Positions 18,492-25,860 of a stretch of 63,537 nt of DNA are shown here, piece by piece. This DNA is from Actinomycetota bacterium (lineage in GTDB: Bacteria > Actinomycetota > Actinomycetes > Actinomycetales > Actinomycetaceae): NCBI GenBank assembly GCA_009930425.1, contig RZYE01000001.1, positions 1 to 63,537 on the forward strand, read 5' to 3'. A model generated the notes under the pieces. The model saw nothing but the letters and a program-made list of their open reading frames with translations, was not told the DNA's origin and did not search any database. Position numbers and translations under genes: made by a program. The stretch's first letter is position 1. Each line of letters opens with the position of its first letter.

Positions 18492-19577
18492 ATGGGAATC
18501 TGCGAACGGTGCGGCGCCACGGTCACGGGAGACAGGTGCTCCCTGTGCGGGTCCACCAAGATCGTCACCCGCAACCTCCCGCCGGTGCGGCCACCGGCAC
18601 CAGGCCCTGTCACCCCGCCGAGGGCGGTCACGCCGCCCGCGCCCACCACGCCTCCCCCACCACCAGTCATGACAGCCGCTCCGGTTCCGCCCCCACCGAG
18701 TGGGTCTCGCGATTCCGCCGGCACCTCGACGCCGGGCGGGGGCAGGCGTCCGTTGCTCGTCGTGGGAGGCCTCGCCGTACTCGCCGTCGCTGTGGGCGCG
18801 TTCGCCCTCAGTGGCGTCGGATCCGACGACGTCGCCACGCAACCGACGCAACCGGCCGCCAATGCGGTGGCGACAGTCCCGGCGGTCGCGGCCGAGCAGC
18901 CGGTTGTCGAGCCCACCCCCGCACCGTCTCCCGAGGTGACCGTGCCTGCGGCTCCTCAGCTCTCCGGCTGCTGGGACGTCGAGGCGGATGCAGCAGGACT
19001 GGCGAGCTACGCCGCAGCACTCGGCACTGCCGCGTCGAGCCCGGTTGCGATCAGCCAGTTCGACTCCAGCCTCGCCGCGATGGAGGGCACGTGCGGCGTG
19101 GTCTACACGACCGACGTCGCCGTCTCCGTGGCGCGTCAGCCGGGCATTCCGGGTGGGATCCAGGAGGCGGCCGACTCGTACGTGGCCGCCCGGGTCCGAT
19201 TCCCCGCACCGGACGGCTCACTGGTACGGCAGCGGATCGACTCGCCCGAGAAGAACATCTCCTGCGAACTGGAGGAGTCCTCGGTGGGCTGCTCGATCCT
19301 CGAGCGGAGCTACCCGGTTGCGGAGGACTGCCCGGACAGGCTGTTCTCGGCGGTCCTCGTCAACGGGGACGCGGAGAAGGCCTGCGGCACCCAATGGCTG
19401 GGTGAGGTGGGCGACGACTTCTACCACATCGACTACGGCGAGACCGTGCAGTTCGGCTTCATGGCGTGCACCGTCGAGGCGGACGGGCCGCGCCGCGGGA
19501 TGACCTGCTGGGACACCCGCACGGGGCACTCGCTCCGGCTTTCGCGCGCGTTGTTCCAGATCGACAACACGCTGTAG
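18492..19577 (+). CDS. Zinc-ribbon - Pro-rich linker - TM - Cys-rich ectodomain protein
   Basis: AGGAGG SD. MGICERCGATVTGDRCSLCG is followed by a Pro-rich stretch and the TM helix LLVVGGLAVLAVAVGAFAL. A ~220-aa domain carries eight Cys. The architecture matches 9467..10219. Confidence 0.75.
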   Translation: MGICERCGATVTGDRCSLCGSTKIVTRNLPPVRPPAPGPVTPPRAVTPPAPTTPPPPPVMTAAPVPPPPSGSRDSAGTSTPGGGRRPLLVVGGLAVLAVAVGAFALSGVGSDDVATQPTQPAANAVATVPAVAAEQPVVEPTPAPSPEVTVPAAPQLSGCWDVEADAAGLASYAAALGTAASSPVAISQFDSSLAAMEGTCGVVYTTDVAVSVARQPGIPGGIQEAADSYVAARVRFPAPDGSLVRQRIDSPEKNISCELEESSVGCSILERSYPVAEDCPDRLFSAVLVNGDAEKACGTQWLGEVGDDFYHIDYGETVQFGFMACTVEADGPRRGMTCWDTRTGHSLRLSRALFQIDNTL

Positions 19578-19596
19578 GGGACGGGATCTCCGGCGG

Positions 19597-20175
19597 TCAG
19601 GCCTTCGGCTTCCAGAGCCGGGGACCTGCAGCCGGGGGCGGCGGTCGGGTGTCGGAGTAGAGCGGCTTGGCGATGGGTTCGCCAACCATCTCGTCACGTG
19701 TCTTCAGCGCCTCGGCGTAGGTGTCGAAACCTGTGTGGACACCCTCCACCAACCTGACTCCTGCATCCTTGACGCCGGCATCCAGGGGCAGCGCGCTCAT
19801 GATGGCGGGCGGGACGTCACCCCCGGACAGTGCCACGATGACCACCGTCCCACCGGCCACGGCGACCGTCTTGACGCCGCCGACCACTGATCGGACTGCG
19901 CCCCCGAAACCGCCGGAACCACCCGCGAGCCGCTTGGCGAAGGCGTCGGCCTTCGAATCGAACCTTGCCAGCGCTTCGTCCGCCGCCCGGCACCGGCGCT
20001 CGGCCTCGGCGAGTGCGGCGACGACGGCGGAGCCCGACTGGCCGCCGTGGCGCGGCACCGACTGGCCGAGCGATCGGGCGAGCCTCGCTGCCTCGGCGAG
20101 TTCGCGGCGCGTGGGCCCGGCGGCATCCCCGACCGCGCGAACGCCCTCTGCCAGCCGCTGGAGGTCAGACGCCAT
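19597..20175 (-). CDS. Hypothetical protein: N-terminal helical hairpin, Gly-rich hydrophobic segment, small C-terminal domain
   Basis: The ATG lies 5 nt after the upstream stop. MASDLQRLAEGVRAVGDAAGPTRRELAEAARLARSLG is helical. GGSGGFGGAVRSVVGGVKTVAVAGGTVVIVALSGG is a Gly-zipper-like segment. Confidence 0.6.
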   Translation of the reverse strand: MASDLQRLAEGVRAVGDAAGPTRRELAEAARLARSLGQSVPRHGGQSGSAVVAALAEAERRCRAADEALARFDSKADAFAKRLAGGSGGFGGAVRSVVGGVKTVAVAGGTVVIVALSGGDVPPAIMSALPLDAGVKDAGVRLVEGVHTGFDTYAEALKTRDEMVGEPIAKPLYSDTRPPPPAAGPRLWKPKA

Positions 20176-20180
20176 GGCTG

Positions 20181-20468
20181 CTACTTCGCCTTTCCCTTGG
20201 ACTTGCGGGCCGCCTCGCGCTGCGCGGCCTCAGCCGCCGCTCGACGTGCCGCCTGTGCGGCCCGGGCGTACGACTGTGCAGCCTGCCGAGCACGTGCAGC
20301 AGCTTGTTGGGTGAGGTCGAGCATGGCCCGGTCCTCCCCGGACGCGGTGCCACCGATCTGCTGCGAGACCGCGGCGCCGAGGGAGCCGAGGCGGCGCGCC
20401 ACCTCGGTCATCGAGGACGCAGACTGCTGAGCCCGGCGCGCGATGCTCTCGAATTCCTGGGCGGACAC
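20181..20468 (-). CDS. Small helical-hairpin protein, paralogue of 20476..20736
   Basis: The GTG at 20468 lies 7 nt after the upstream stop. The central IGGTASGED turn is flanked by Ala/Gln-rich helices. The C-terminus is a Lys-rich tail. Confidence 0.55.
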   Translation of the reverse strand: MSAQEFESIARRAQQSASSMTEVARRLGSLGAAVSQQIGGTASGEDRAMLDLTQQAAARARQAAQSYARAAQAARRAAAEAAQREAARKSKGKAK

Positions 20469-20475
20469 GGTCCCG

Positions 20476-20736
20476 CTACAACGACTGCCCGTAGCTCGAG
20501 GCGATCCTCGAAGCATTGGCGAGCGCGGCAGTCGCCTGCTTCACGGCCTTGGAGGCCTGTTGCAGCGCTGCCACGACCTCCTGGTCCTTGCGCTGCGCGC
20601 TGCCACCGATGGCCGCCTGCACCTGCTGCGTCTGCTGCCCGAACTGCTTCTCGAACTGAGCCAGGTTCGACCCGGTCCTCTTCGCAGATTCGGCAAGACC
20701 GTTGACCGTCTGCTTGAGCTGGTTCAATTGCGACAC
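20476..20736 (-). CDS. Small (86 aa) helical-hairpin protein, WXG100-sized but without WXG
   Basis: GGAAGGAG SD upstream. Two predicted helices are joined by IGGSAQRKD. Its size and Gln/Ala richness resemble ESAT-6-like hairpins. Confidence 0.65.
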   Translation of the reverse strand: MSQLNQLKQTVNGLAESAKRTGSNLAQFEKQFGQQTQQVQAAIGGSAQRKDQEVVAALQQASKAVKQATAALANASRIASSYGQSL

Positions 20737-20938
20737 GTCCGCACTCCTTCCACGCCTATGACCGTGGCATCATGGCACTAATGACGTCCCAAACAGCATC
20801 TCAGCCACAGGCCGGACAGGACGGTCGAGGGTTCGTGAATTGAAGGCCCACCAGTTTTCGGATTGATAGTCTGTCCCCAGAGATGCATTCGCCGCCGGCA
20901 GCACCCAATCGGGCCTCCTGCGAGTTCCCTAGTCCCGC

Positions 20939-20952
20939 GGTTGCTCGCAACC
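20939..20952. promoter_or_regulatory. Inverted repeat GGTTGC-TC-GCAACC upstream of the IMPase/TIR operon
   Basis: 6-bp arms with a 2-nt spacer, 24 nt upstream of ATG 20976, in the divergent intergenic region 20737-20975. Candidate operator only. Confidence 0.2.
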
Positions 20953-20975
20953 TGCCGCCGGGGAAGGAAGGGGTA

Positions 20976-21743
20976 ATGGTGCCAGAGTCGTGGGCCGCGG
21001 AGGCCGAACTCGCTCTCCGAGCGGCCCAAGCAGCCTCGAGGCACGCTCAGGAACGACGGGACTCCCTACAGGTCGTCTCAATCGCCGCGCACGATGTCAA
21101 GCTCGAACAAGATATTGAATGCCAGCGGGTTGCTGCTGACCTGATTCGAGCCTCTCGTCCAACCCACACGATCCTCGGCGAAGAACCGGGCAGCGATGTC
21201 GAGCAGTCAACACACTCTTGGCTGATCGATCCCATTGATGGAACCTTCAATTACTCCCGAGGACTTCCCTACTGGTGCACGTCCGTAGCTCTGCGGAGCG
21301 CCGGTCACACCGTCGCCGGCGCAGTAGTGGCGCCAGAGTTGGGACTCACCTTCACTGCCACCTCCACCGGGCCAAGCTCGGTCAACGGTCGCGTCCTCCC
21401 CCCGATCGCGACAAGAGAGCCGCAGTTCGCGTCTTTGCACATTTCTCTGTCGGACGCTCCCGAAGCGGGAGATTTCCTTTCACTTGCTGCATCGAGATTC
21501 CAGAAGATCCGACTCATGGGATCCATCGCACTAGATCTCTGTTTCGTGGCGCTGGGTGCAGCCGATGCGATGGTCGCTCTCCGCGCCTTCCCCTGGGACT
21601 CTGAGGCAGGCCTGCTCATAGCCGGTAGGGTGGGAGCCCGTACCGTCGTCATCGATCGCCCAAAGGGTCAAGTCCTTCTCTGCGGTAGCGCCAAGCTCTT
21701 GACCCTCCTACGAGAGTTCCCGTTCGGCGTGATGCCAGAATGA
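20976..21743 (+). CDS. Inositol-monophosphatase-family (IMPase/CysQ-like) phosphatase
   Basis: ATG follows GGAAGGAAGGGG. Motifs are ILGEEPG, WLIDPIDGTFNY and PWDSEAGLLIA. The stop overlaps the next start (ATGA). Confidence 0.85.
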   Translation: MVPESWAAEAELALRAAQAASRHAQERRDSLQVVSIAAHDVKLEQDIECQRVAADLIRASRPTHTILGEEPGSDVEQSTHSWLIDPIDGTFNYSRGLPYWCTSVALRSAGHTVAGAVVAPELGLTFTATSTGPSSVNGRVLPPIATREPQFASLHISLSDAPEAGDFLSLAASRFQKIRLMGSIALDLCFVALGAADAMVALRAFPWDSEAGLLIAGRVGARTVVIDRPKGQVLLCGSAKLLTLLREFPFGVMPE

Positions 21744-23035
21744 CGCAGGTCGTCTTCATCAGCCACTCGAGCATGGACGCGGAGACGGCCCGAGAACTGG
21801 CGGATGCGCTCCGGTCGCGCGGGATGGATCCGTGGCTCGCGTCGGAGAGGGTGACGCCGGGAGGATACTACGCGTCCGAGATCACCCGAGCCATCGCGCA
21901 AGCGGACGCTGTCGTTGTCCTGCTCTCACGGGCGTCCATCACCTCTCCACAGGTGAAGCGGGAGGTGGACAGCGCTGTCTCCGCCGACCGACCCTTGATT
22001 CCTCTGGACCTGCACGGCATCCGGACTCTCTCAGAGCTACCCGACGAGTGGCAGTACCTGCTGCGACTCACGCAATGGCACCGTCACACTCACGCCTCGG
22101 ACACCGCGCATCATCTGGAACGGATACTTCTCGGTGAAGCCTCCTCGGGGCCCACCGTCCGAGCCAGTGCACCTCGCGCAGAACCCGCAACGGTGACGAT
22201 CGCCGACAGCAACCTGCTCGTGGTGAAGGCGTTCCTACTCGCATCGCGTCTGGCCAACGAACTAGGCGCTCTGGGTGCCGCGCCTCACATGGTCAACGCC
22301 CCCTGGTCCAGCAACCTATTGGACCGGGCGGTCGACGGCGAGCTCGACTTCCTGATCTACAACGAAGTCGCTGCACGCAGCTTCGCTGAAAGGCACCCTG
22401 ACGAACTTGTCGTCGTTGCACACGCCGGTCATTCGATGGGGGGCAACAACTTCGGAGTTCTCGTCAGCAACGATTCACGGTGGCGAGATGTGGATCTGGG
22501 AACGCTGGGAACGCTTCTGGATCACGGTGTCCGCATCTACCTCGGGCTAAACAGCGACCGGGCTCGCAACTTCTCGCTTGCGACCGGGCTGACGTTGCTC
22601 GAATTGCGGGAGCGCGGAGTCGTGGTAGTGAACGCAGGCGAACCGGGCCTTGAGATCCTGGCGAGCGATCCCGACGCCATCATCGTCACCGGTCAGAACG
22701 CGCGGTTCGAAGCTCGCTTGAGCGGCGCGGCGTACGAGGTGGGAGGCTTTGAGAGGCTGCCACCTCAGACTCGAAAATCCCTTCGCCAAGGGTCCTCAAA
22801 TGTCCTGCTCGCTCGACTTGAGACCGCCAACCAACTAGGACTTGATCTCCCTAGTCTTGGGGCCCGTGTCAAGCGGAATGCCGCTGAGTGCTGGGCAGAC
22901 GACTCCGAGTTTGAGTCGCTAGTGAGTACGTTGGCTGGATGCTGCGACTTCCAGTTCGCGCGTCGACAAGATCGAATCTTGATCACAAAGCACGTCCTGT
23001 ACGAGACATACCGGGCAGGTGAACCAGTCCTGTGA
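21740..23035 (+). CDS. TIR domain fused to a type-2 binding-protein (NMT1/SsuA-like) fold
   Basis: VFISHSSMDAETARELADALRSRGMDPWLASERV...AVVVLLSRASITSPQVKREV is a TIR domain with the conserved Glu. The C-terminal ~290 aa (TIADSNLLVVKAFLLASRLANELGALGAAPHMVNAPWSSNLLDRAVDGELDFLIYN...) follow the SBP pattern. No signal peptide. Confidence 0.75.
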   Translation: MTQVVFISHSSMDAETARELADALRSRGMDPWLASERVTPGGYYASEITRAIAQADAVVVLLSRASITSPQVKREVDSAVSADRPLIPLDLHGIRTLSELPDEWQYLLRLTQWHRHTHASDTAHHLERILLGEASSGPTVRASAPRAEPATVTIADSNLLVVKAFLLASRLANELGALGAAPHMVNAPWSSNLLDRAVDGELDFLIYNEVAARSFAERHPDELVVVAHAGHSMGGNNFGVLVSNDSRWRDVDLGTLGTLLDHGVRIYLGLNSDRARNFSLATGLTLLELRERGVVVVNAGEPGLEILASDPDAIIVTGQNARFEARLSGAAYEVGGFERLPPQTRKSLRQGSSNVLLARLETANQLGLDLPSLGARVKRNAAECWADDSEFESLVSTLAGCCDFQFARRQDRILITKHVLYETYRAGEPVL

Positions 23036-23877
23036 GTGCACTGCGATACCTCGTGGTCGGGAGTTTCAACCTCGACACGGTGATCCGGCTCAGATCCTTT
23101 CCGCCACCGCACTCGAAGGTCCAGGCTGAGGAGATCTGGCGAGGCCCAGGCGGGTCTGCGGCCATCACCGCCGCCTGGCTCGCTCGACAGGGCTCCGCGG
23201 TATCTCTCGTCGCGGCGTCAGGGGGAGATCACGAGGCGCACGAGGCGATTGGGCGACTCACGGCTACCGGAGTCAACTGCCGGTTCGTGACAACCACCAG
23301 CCCTGAGTCATCGAGAGCCTACTCACTTGTCACCGAGACAGAGAAGAGGATCATCACACGCCCGTCCGGTCAGCGGCTCCCAGCCCTAAAGTCAGCCGAA
23401 GAGGTCCTACACGAGTTCGACGCCGTTCACATCGCGTCGGCAGCCAGCCCGGAACTAATGGCGTTCGCTACCACCTGCAGAGAGAGACGTATCCCCTTCA
23501 GCGTCGAACTCGCAGGGCGCCGAATGCCGGAAATCACATGCATGGCGGAACGCACCTTCTTGAATTCAGATGAACTCAGCCTCCTCTTTCCGTCGGGATG
23601 GAGTGACTTCCGGACGGACGTAGGGGGCACGCTCGTCGCTCGCAATGGGCGCCTAGTCGTCACCCGCGGTCGTATCGGGGCATCCGAACACGGCGAAGAC
23701 CTGACGGTGACGGCGCCGACCGTGGCTGTGACCTCCGTCGACCGTACCGGGGGAGGAGACGCGTTCAACGCCGGATACCTCTACGAGTGGCAGACCGGCG
23801 GGACGCCGGAGGAGTGCCTTCAGGCCGGGCTACGATTGGCGACATCGGCAATCACCAGAATGGGGGGCCTACCGTGA
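23032..23877 (+). CDS. PfkB-family (ribokinase-like) carbohydrate/nucleoside kinase
   Basis: GTGA overlap with the upstream stop. N-terminal motif VVGSFNLDTV. C-terminal signature VDRTGGGDAFNAGYL. Confidence 0.85.
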   Translation: MSALRYLVVGSFNLDTVIRLRSFPPPHSKVQAEEIWRGPGGSAAITAAWLARQGSAVSLVAASGGDHEAHEAIGRLTATGVNCRFVTTTSPESSRAYSLVTETEKRIITRPSGQRLPALKSAEEVLHEFDAVHIASAASPELMAFATTCRERRIPFSVELAGRRMPEITCMAERTFLNSDELSLLFPSGWSDFRTDVGGTLVARNGRLVVTRGRIGASEHGEDLTVTAPTVAVTSVDRTGGGDAFNAGYLYEWQTGGTPEECLQAGLRLATSAITRMGGLP

Positions 23878-24485
23878 CACTGACAGGCATCGCGCTTCTT
23901 CCGCGAGACGACCTTCGCGAAGCACTGGTGGAGTTCCGAGCTCGCCATTCGAGTTCGATCGCCGGACCCGAACTCGGCCTTGAAGTCAACCTGCCGCACA
24001 TGTCGATCCTGCAGTGCCCGTTCACCGACGGTCTGGATCACCAGTTGGTAGTCGACGTGTTGGCAGACAGAGTCCTCAGCAGCCGGACACCGCTTCGTTT
24101 CGCAGGACTCAGCTATCAACCGCGAGCGTGGATCTTCGCGGACCTGGAGAAGCCCAGATGGCTGGTGGATCTACAACGGACCGCCCTCGCACTCAGCCAA
24201 GCCCATATCGACCTCTCATCAATCGGCAACCGAGCCGGCGACGAATTGACCCCCGCGGAGGTCGAGAGCTACCGCACCTATGGGTACAGGTATGTAGGAG
24301 ACGCCTTCCGACCGCACATCACCTTGGGTCGGACCCCGGACCGCGCCGAGAATCTCGCTGCTGGCCTTGCAGCCGAATTCTGGAGCGAATTCGCAGATTC
24401 CGAGGTGACCTTCAGTTCAGTGGTGTTCTACGAAGCTGGGGAGTCAGGCGTGCTCGCACGCCGGCTGGCCGAACGTCAGATCTGA
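23874..24485 (+). CDS. 2H (LigT/cyclic phosphodiesterase-like) phosphoesterase
   Basis: GTG start overlaps the PfkB stop (GTGA). It has two H-x-S/T motifs (PHMSILQ and PHITLGR) about 110 aa apart, as in 2H-superfamily enzymes. Confidence 0.7.
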   Translation: MTLTGIALLPRDDLREALVEFRARHSSSIAGPELGLEVNLPHMSILQCPFTDGLDHQLVVDVLADRVLSSRTPLRFAGLSYQPRAWIFADLEKPRWLVDLQRTALALSQAHIDLSSIGNRAGDELTPAEVESYRTYGYRYVGDAFRPHITLGRTPDRAENLAAGLAAEFWSEFADSEVTFSSVVFYEAGESGVLARRLAERQI

Positions 24486-24530
24486 GGTTCTCAGCCTGAA
24501 TGAGAACCGGCCGATTCAGAGTTCATCGGC
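24486..24530 (+). terminator. Two consecutive stem-loops immediately after the 2H gene stop
   Basis: GGTTCTCA (24486-24493) pairs with TGAGAACC (24501-24508). GCCGAT (24510-24515) pairs with ATCGGC (24525-24530). An alternative pairing CTGAAT/ATTCAG spans both. There is no U-tract. Confidence 0.35.
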
Positions 24531-24627
24531 GTGACTCGGGTCCGGAATGTGGTCTGGGCAGGCAGCCAACTGAATCTCCGGGAATGCTGGATCCATATTC
24601 CGCCCCGGGGAGGAGCGCGAGGAAGCG

Positions 24628-25860
24628 ATGAGCGGACCAAAGGGCTACGGCTACACGGTGGTCTCGGCGGAGGAACTCGCCCGGAGGGAGGCCGAGAGCG
24701 CTCGCAACGCCCTCATGGCCGCGCAGAGCCGCCTTCGAGAACTCCGGACACGTGCCACCGGGTTGAGAATCCAGGCCTCCGTCCCCGAAGCGCAGGCGCG
24801 CGTTCCCGCCGGCGCCACCGCCGCCGAGATCCGCGCCGTCATCGCGACCGTCGAGCAGGCCCACAGCCGCCTCGAGGCGGCGATGCGGGAACGCCGCCAG
24901 GAGCTGGCCCGCGCCGAGCTGGCCCGCGCCGTCGGGCAGCTGGACCTGTCGCAACTCGGCACGGTCACCTCCATGCCGCGGTCCACCAAGGCCCGAGTCC
25001 AGCGCAGCACCCAGGACCACCGAACCGCCCAGGACCACCGCGATGCCCAGGACCACCGCGATGCCGAGCGGCAGCGGACCGAGCAACTCCGGGCACGCCT
25101 CATCAAGGCGACGGACGCGGCCAGGGTGCTCGGCGACTCCGAGCTCACGCGGATCGGCACGCTCGCGGCTGCGGTGTCCGCCACGCTGGAGGGCGCCACG
25201 GATGCCGGGCTCCCCCCGGCCCTGGCGGTCAGCCGACTGGAGGCCGCCGTCGTCGACGCCGTGACCGCCCAGCGGCAGCGGGACGCGAACGACCGCCGGC
25301 GCGCCACGATCGCGGTGGCGAACGCGGACCTGGCCGGCAGCGCCGCCGAGGAGATCCGCGAACGGCTCGCCGCCGCCACGACCCCGGAGGACTTCAGCCG
25401 CGTCGAGGCGGAGTTCGCGGCACTGCGGGAGGAGGTCCGCGCCGAGGCCGACCGTGCGTTCGTGCTCGCCACCTCGCTCGCGGTGCTCCGGGAGATGGGC
25501 TACCAGGTGAGCGAGACGCTGTCGGGCGGGCGGGCCCCCACCCTGACCGTCAGCGACGTCCACTGGCCGAGCCACCGGCTCCGGATCGTCCTCGATCCCG
25601 ATTCGGCCGCGCTGCACACCAGCCCGGTCGCGATCGCCCCCACCGATCCCCGCGATGACGTCCGCTTCGAGGAGTCCTCCTGCAGGGCGCTTGCCCGGTT
25701 CACCGAGAGCCTGCGGGCCCGAGGGGTCGCCACCACCCTGGACCGGCACCGCGCTCCCGGTGAGGTGGCCCTACTGCACGAGCACGCCGCCACGGCCAGC
25801 GGCCACACAGTCAGCGGCCACACAGCACGCCCACGCGAGCGCACGCTGGGAGACCGGTGA
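24628..25860 (+). CDS. Coiled-coil protein (410 aa) with a globular C-terminal part
   Basis: GAGGAAG SD. Long Ala/Glu/Arg heptad-like helices. It contains an internal QDHR(T/D)A x3 repeat. The stop overlaps the next start. No family recognised. Confidence 0.7.
   Translation: MSGPKGYGYTVVSAEELARREAESARNALMAAQSRLRELRTRATGLRIQASVPEAQARVPAGATAAEIRAVIATVEQAHSRLEAAMRERRQELARAELARAVGQLDLSQLGTVTSMPRSTKARVQRSTQDHRTAQDHRDAQDHRDAERQRTEQLRARLIKATDAARVLGDSELTRIGTLAAAVSATLEGATDAGLPPALAVSRLEAAVVDAVTAQRQRDANDRRRATIAVANADLAGSAAEEIRERLAAATTPEDFSRVEAEFAALREEVRAEADRAFVLATSLAVLREMGYQVSETLSGGRAPTLTVSDVHWPSHRLRIVLDPDSAALHTSPVAIAPTDPRDDVRFEESSCRALARFTESLRARGVATTLDRHRAPGEVALLHEHAATASGHTVSGHTARPRERTLGDR
25012..25065 (+). 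repeat. In-frame 18-nt tandem repeat x3 (CAGGACCACCG[A/C][A/G][A/T][C/G]CC)
   Basis: cag gac cac cga acc gcc / cag gac cac cgc gat gcc / cag gac cac cgc gat gcc encodes QDHRTA QDHRDA QDHRDA. Confidence 0.8.

Noticed and set aside
9467-20736. Canonical ESX/type VII secretion locus
   Set aside because: No EccB, EccD, EccE or mycosin-like products are present. The FtsK-like protein has no TM helices. The small helical proteins lack WXG. Only an analogy is retained.
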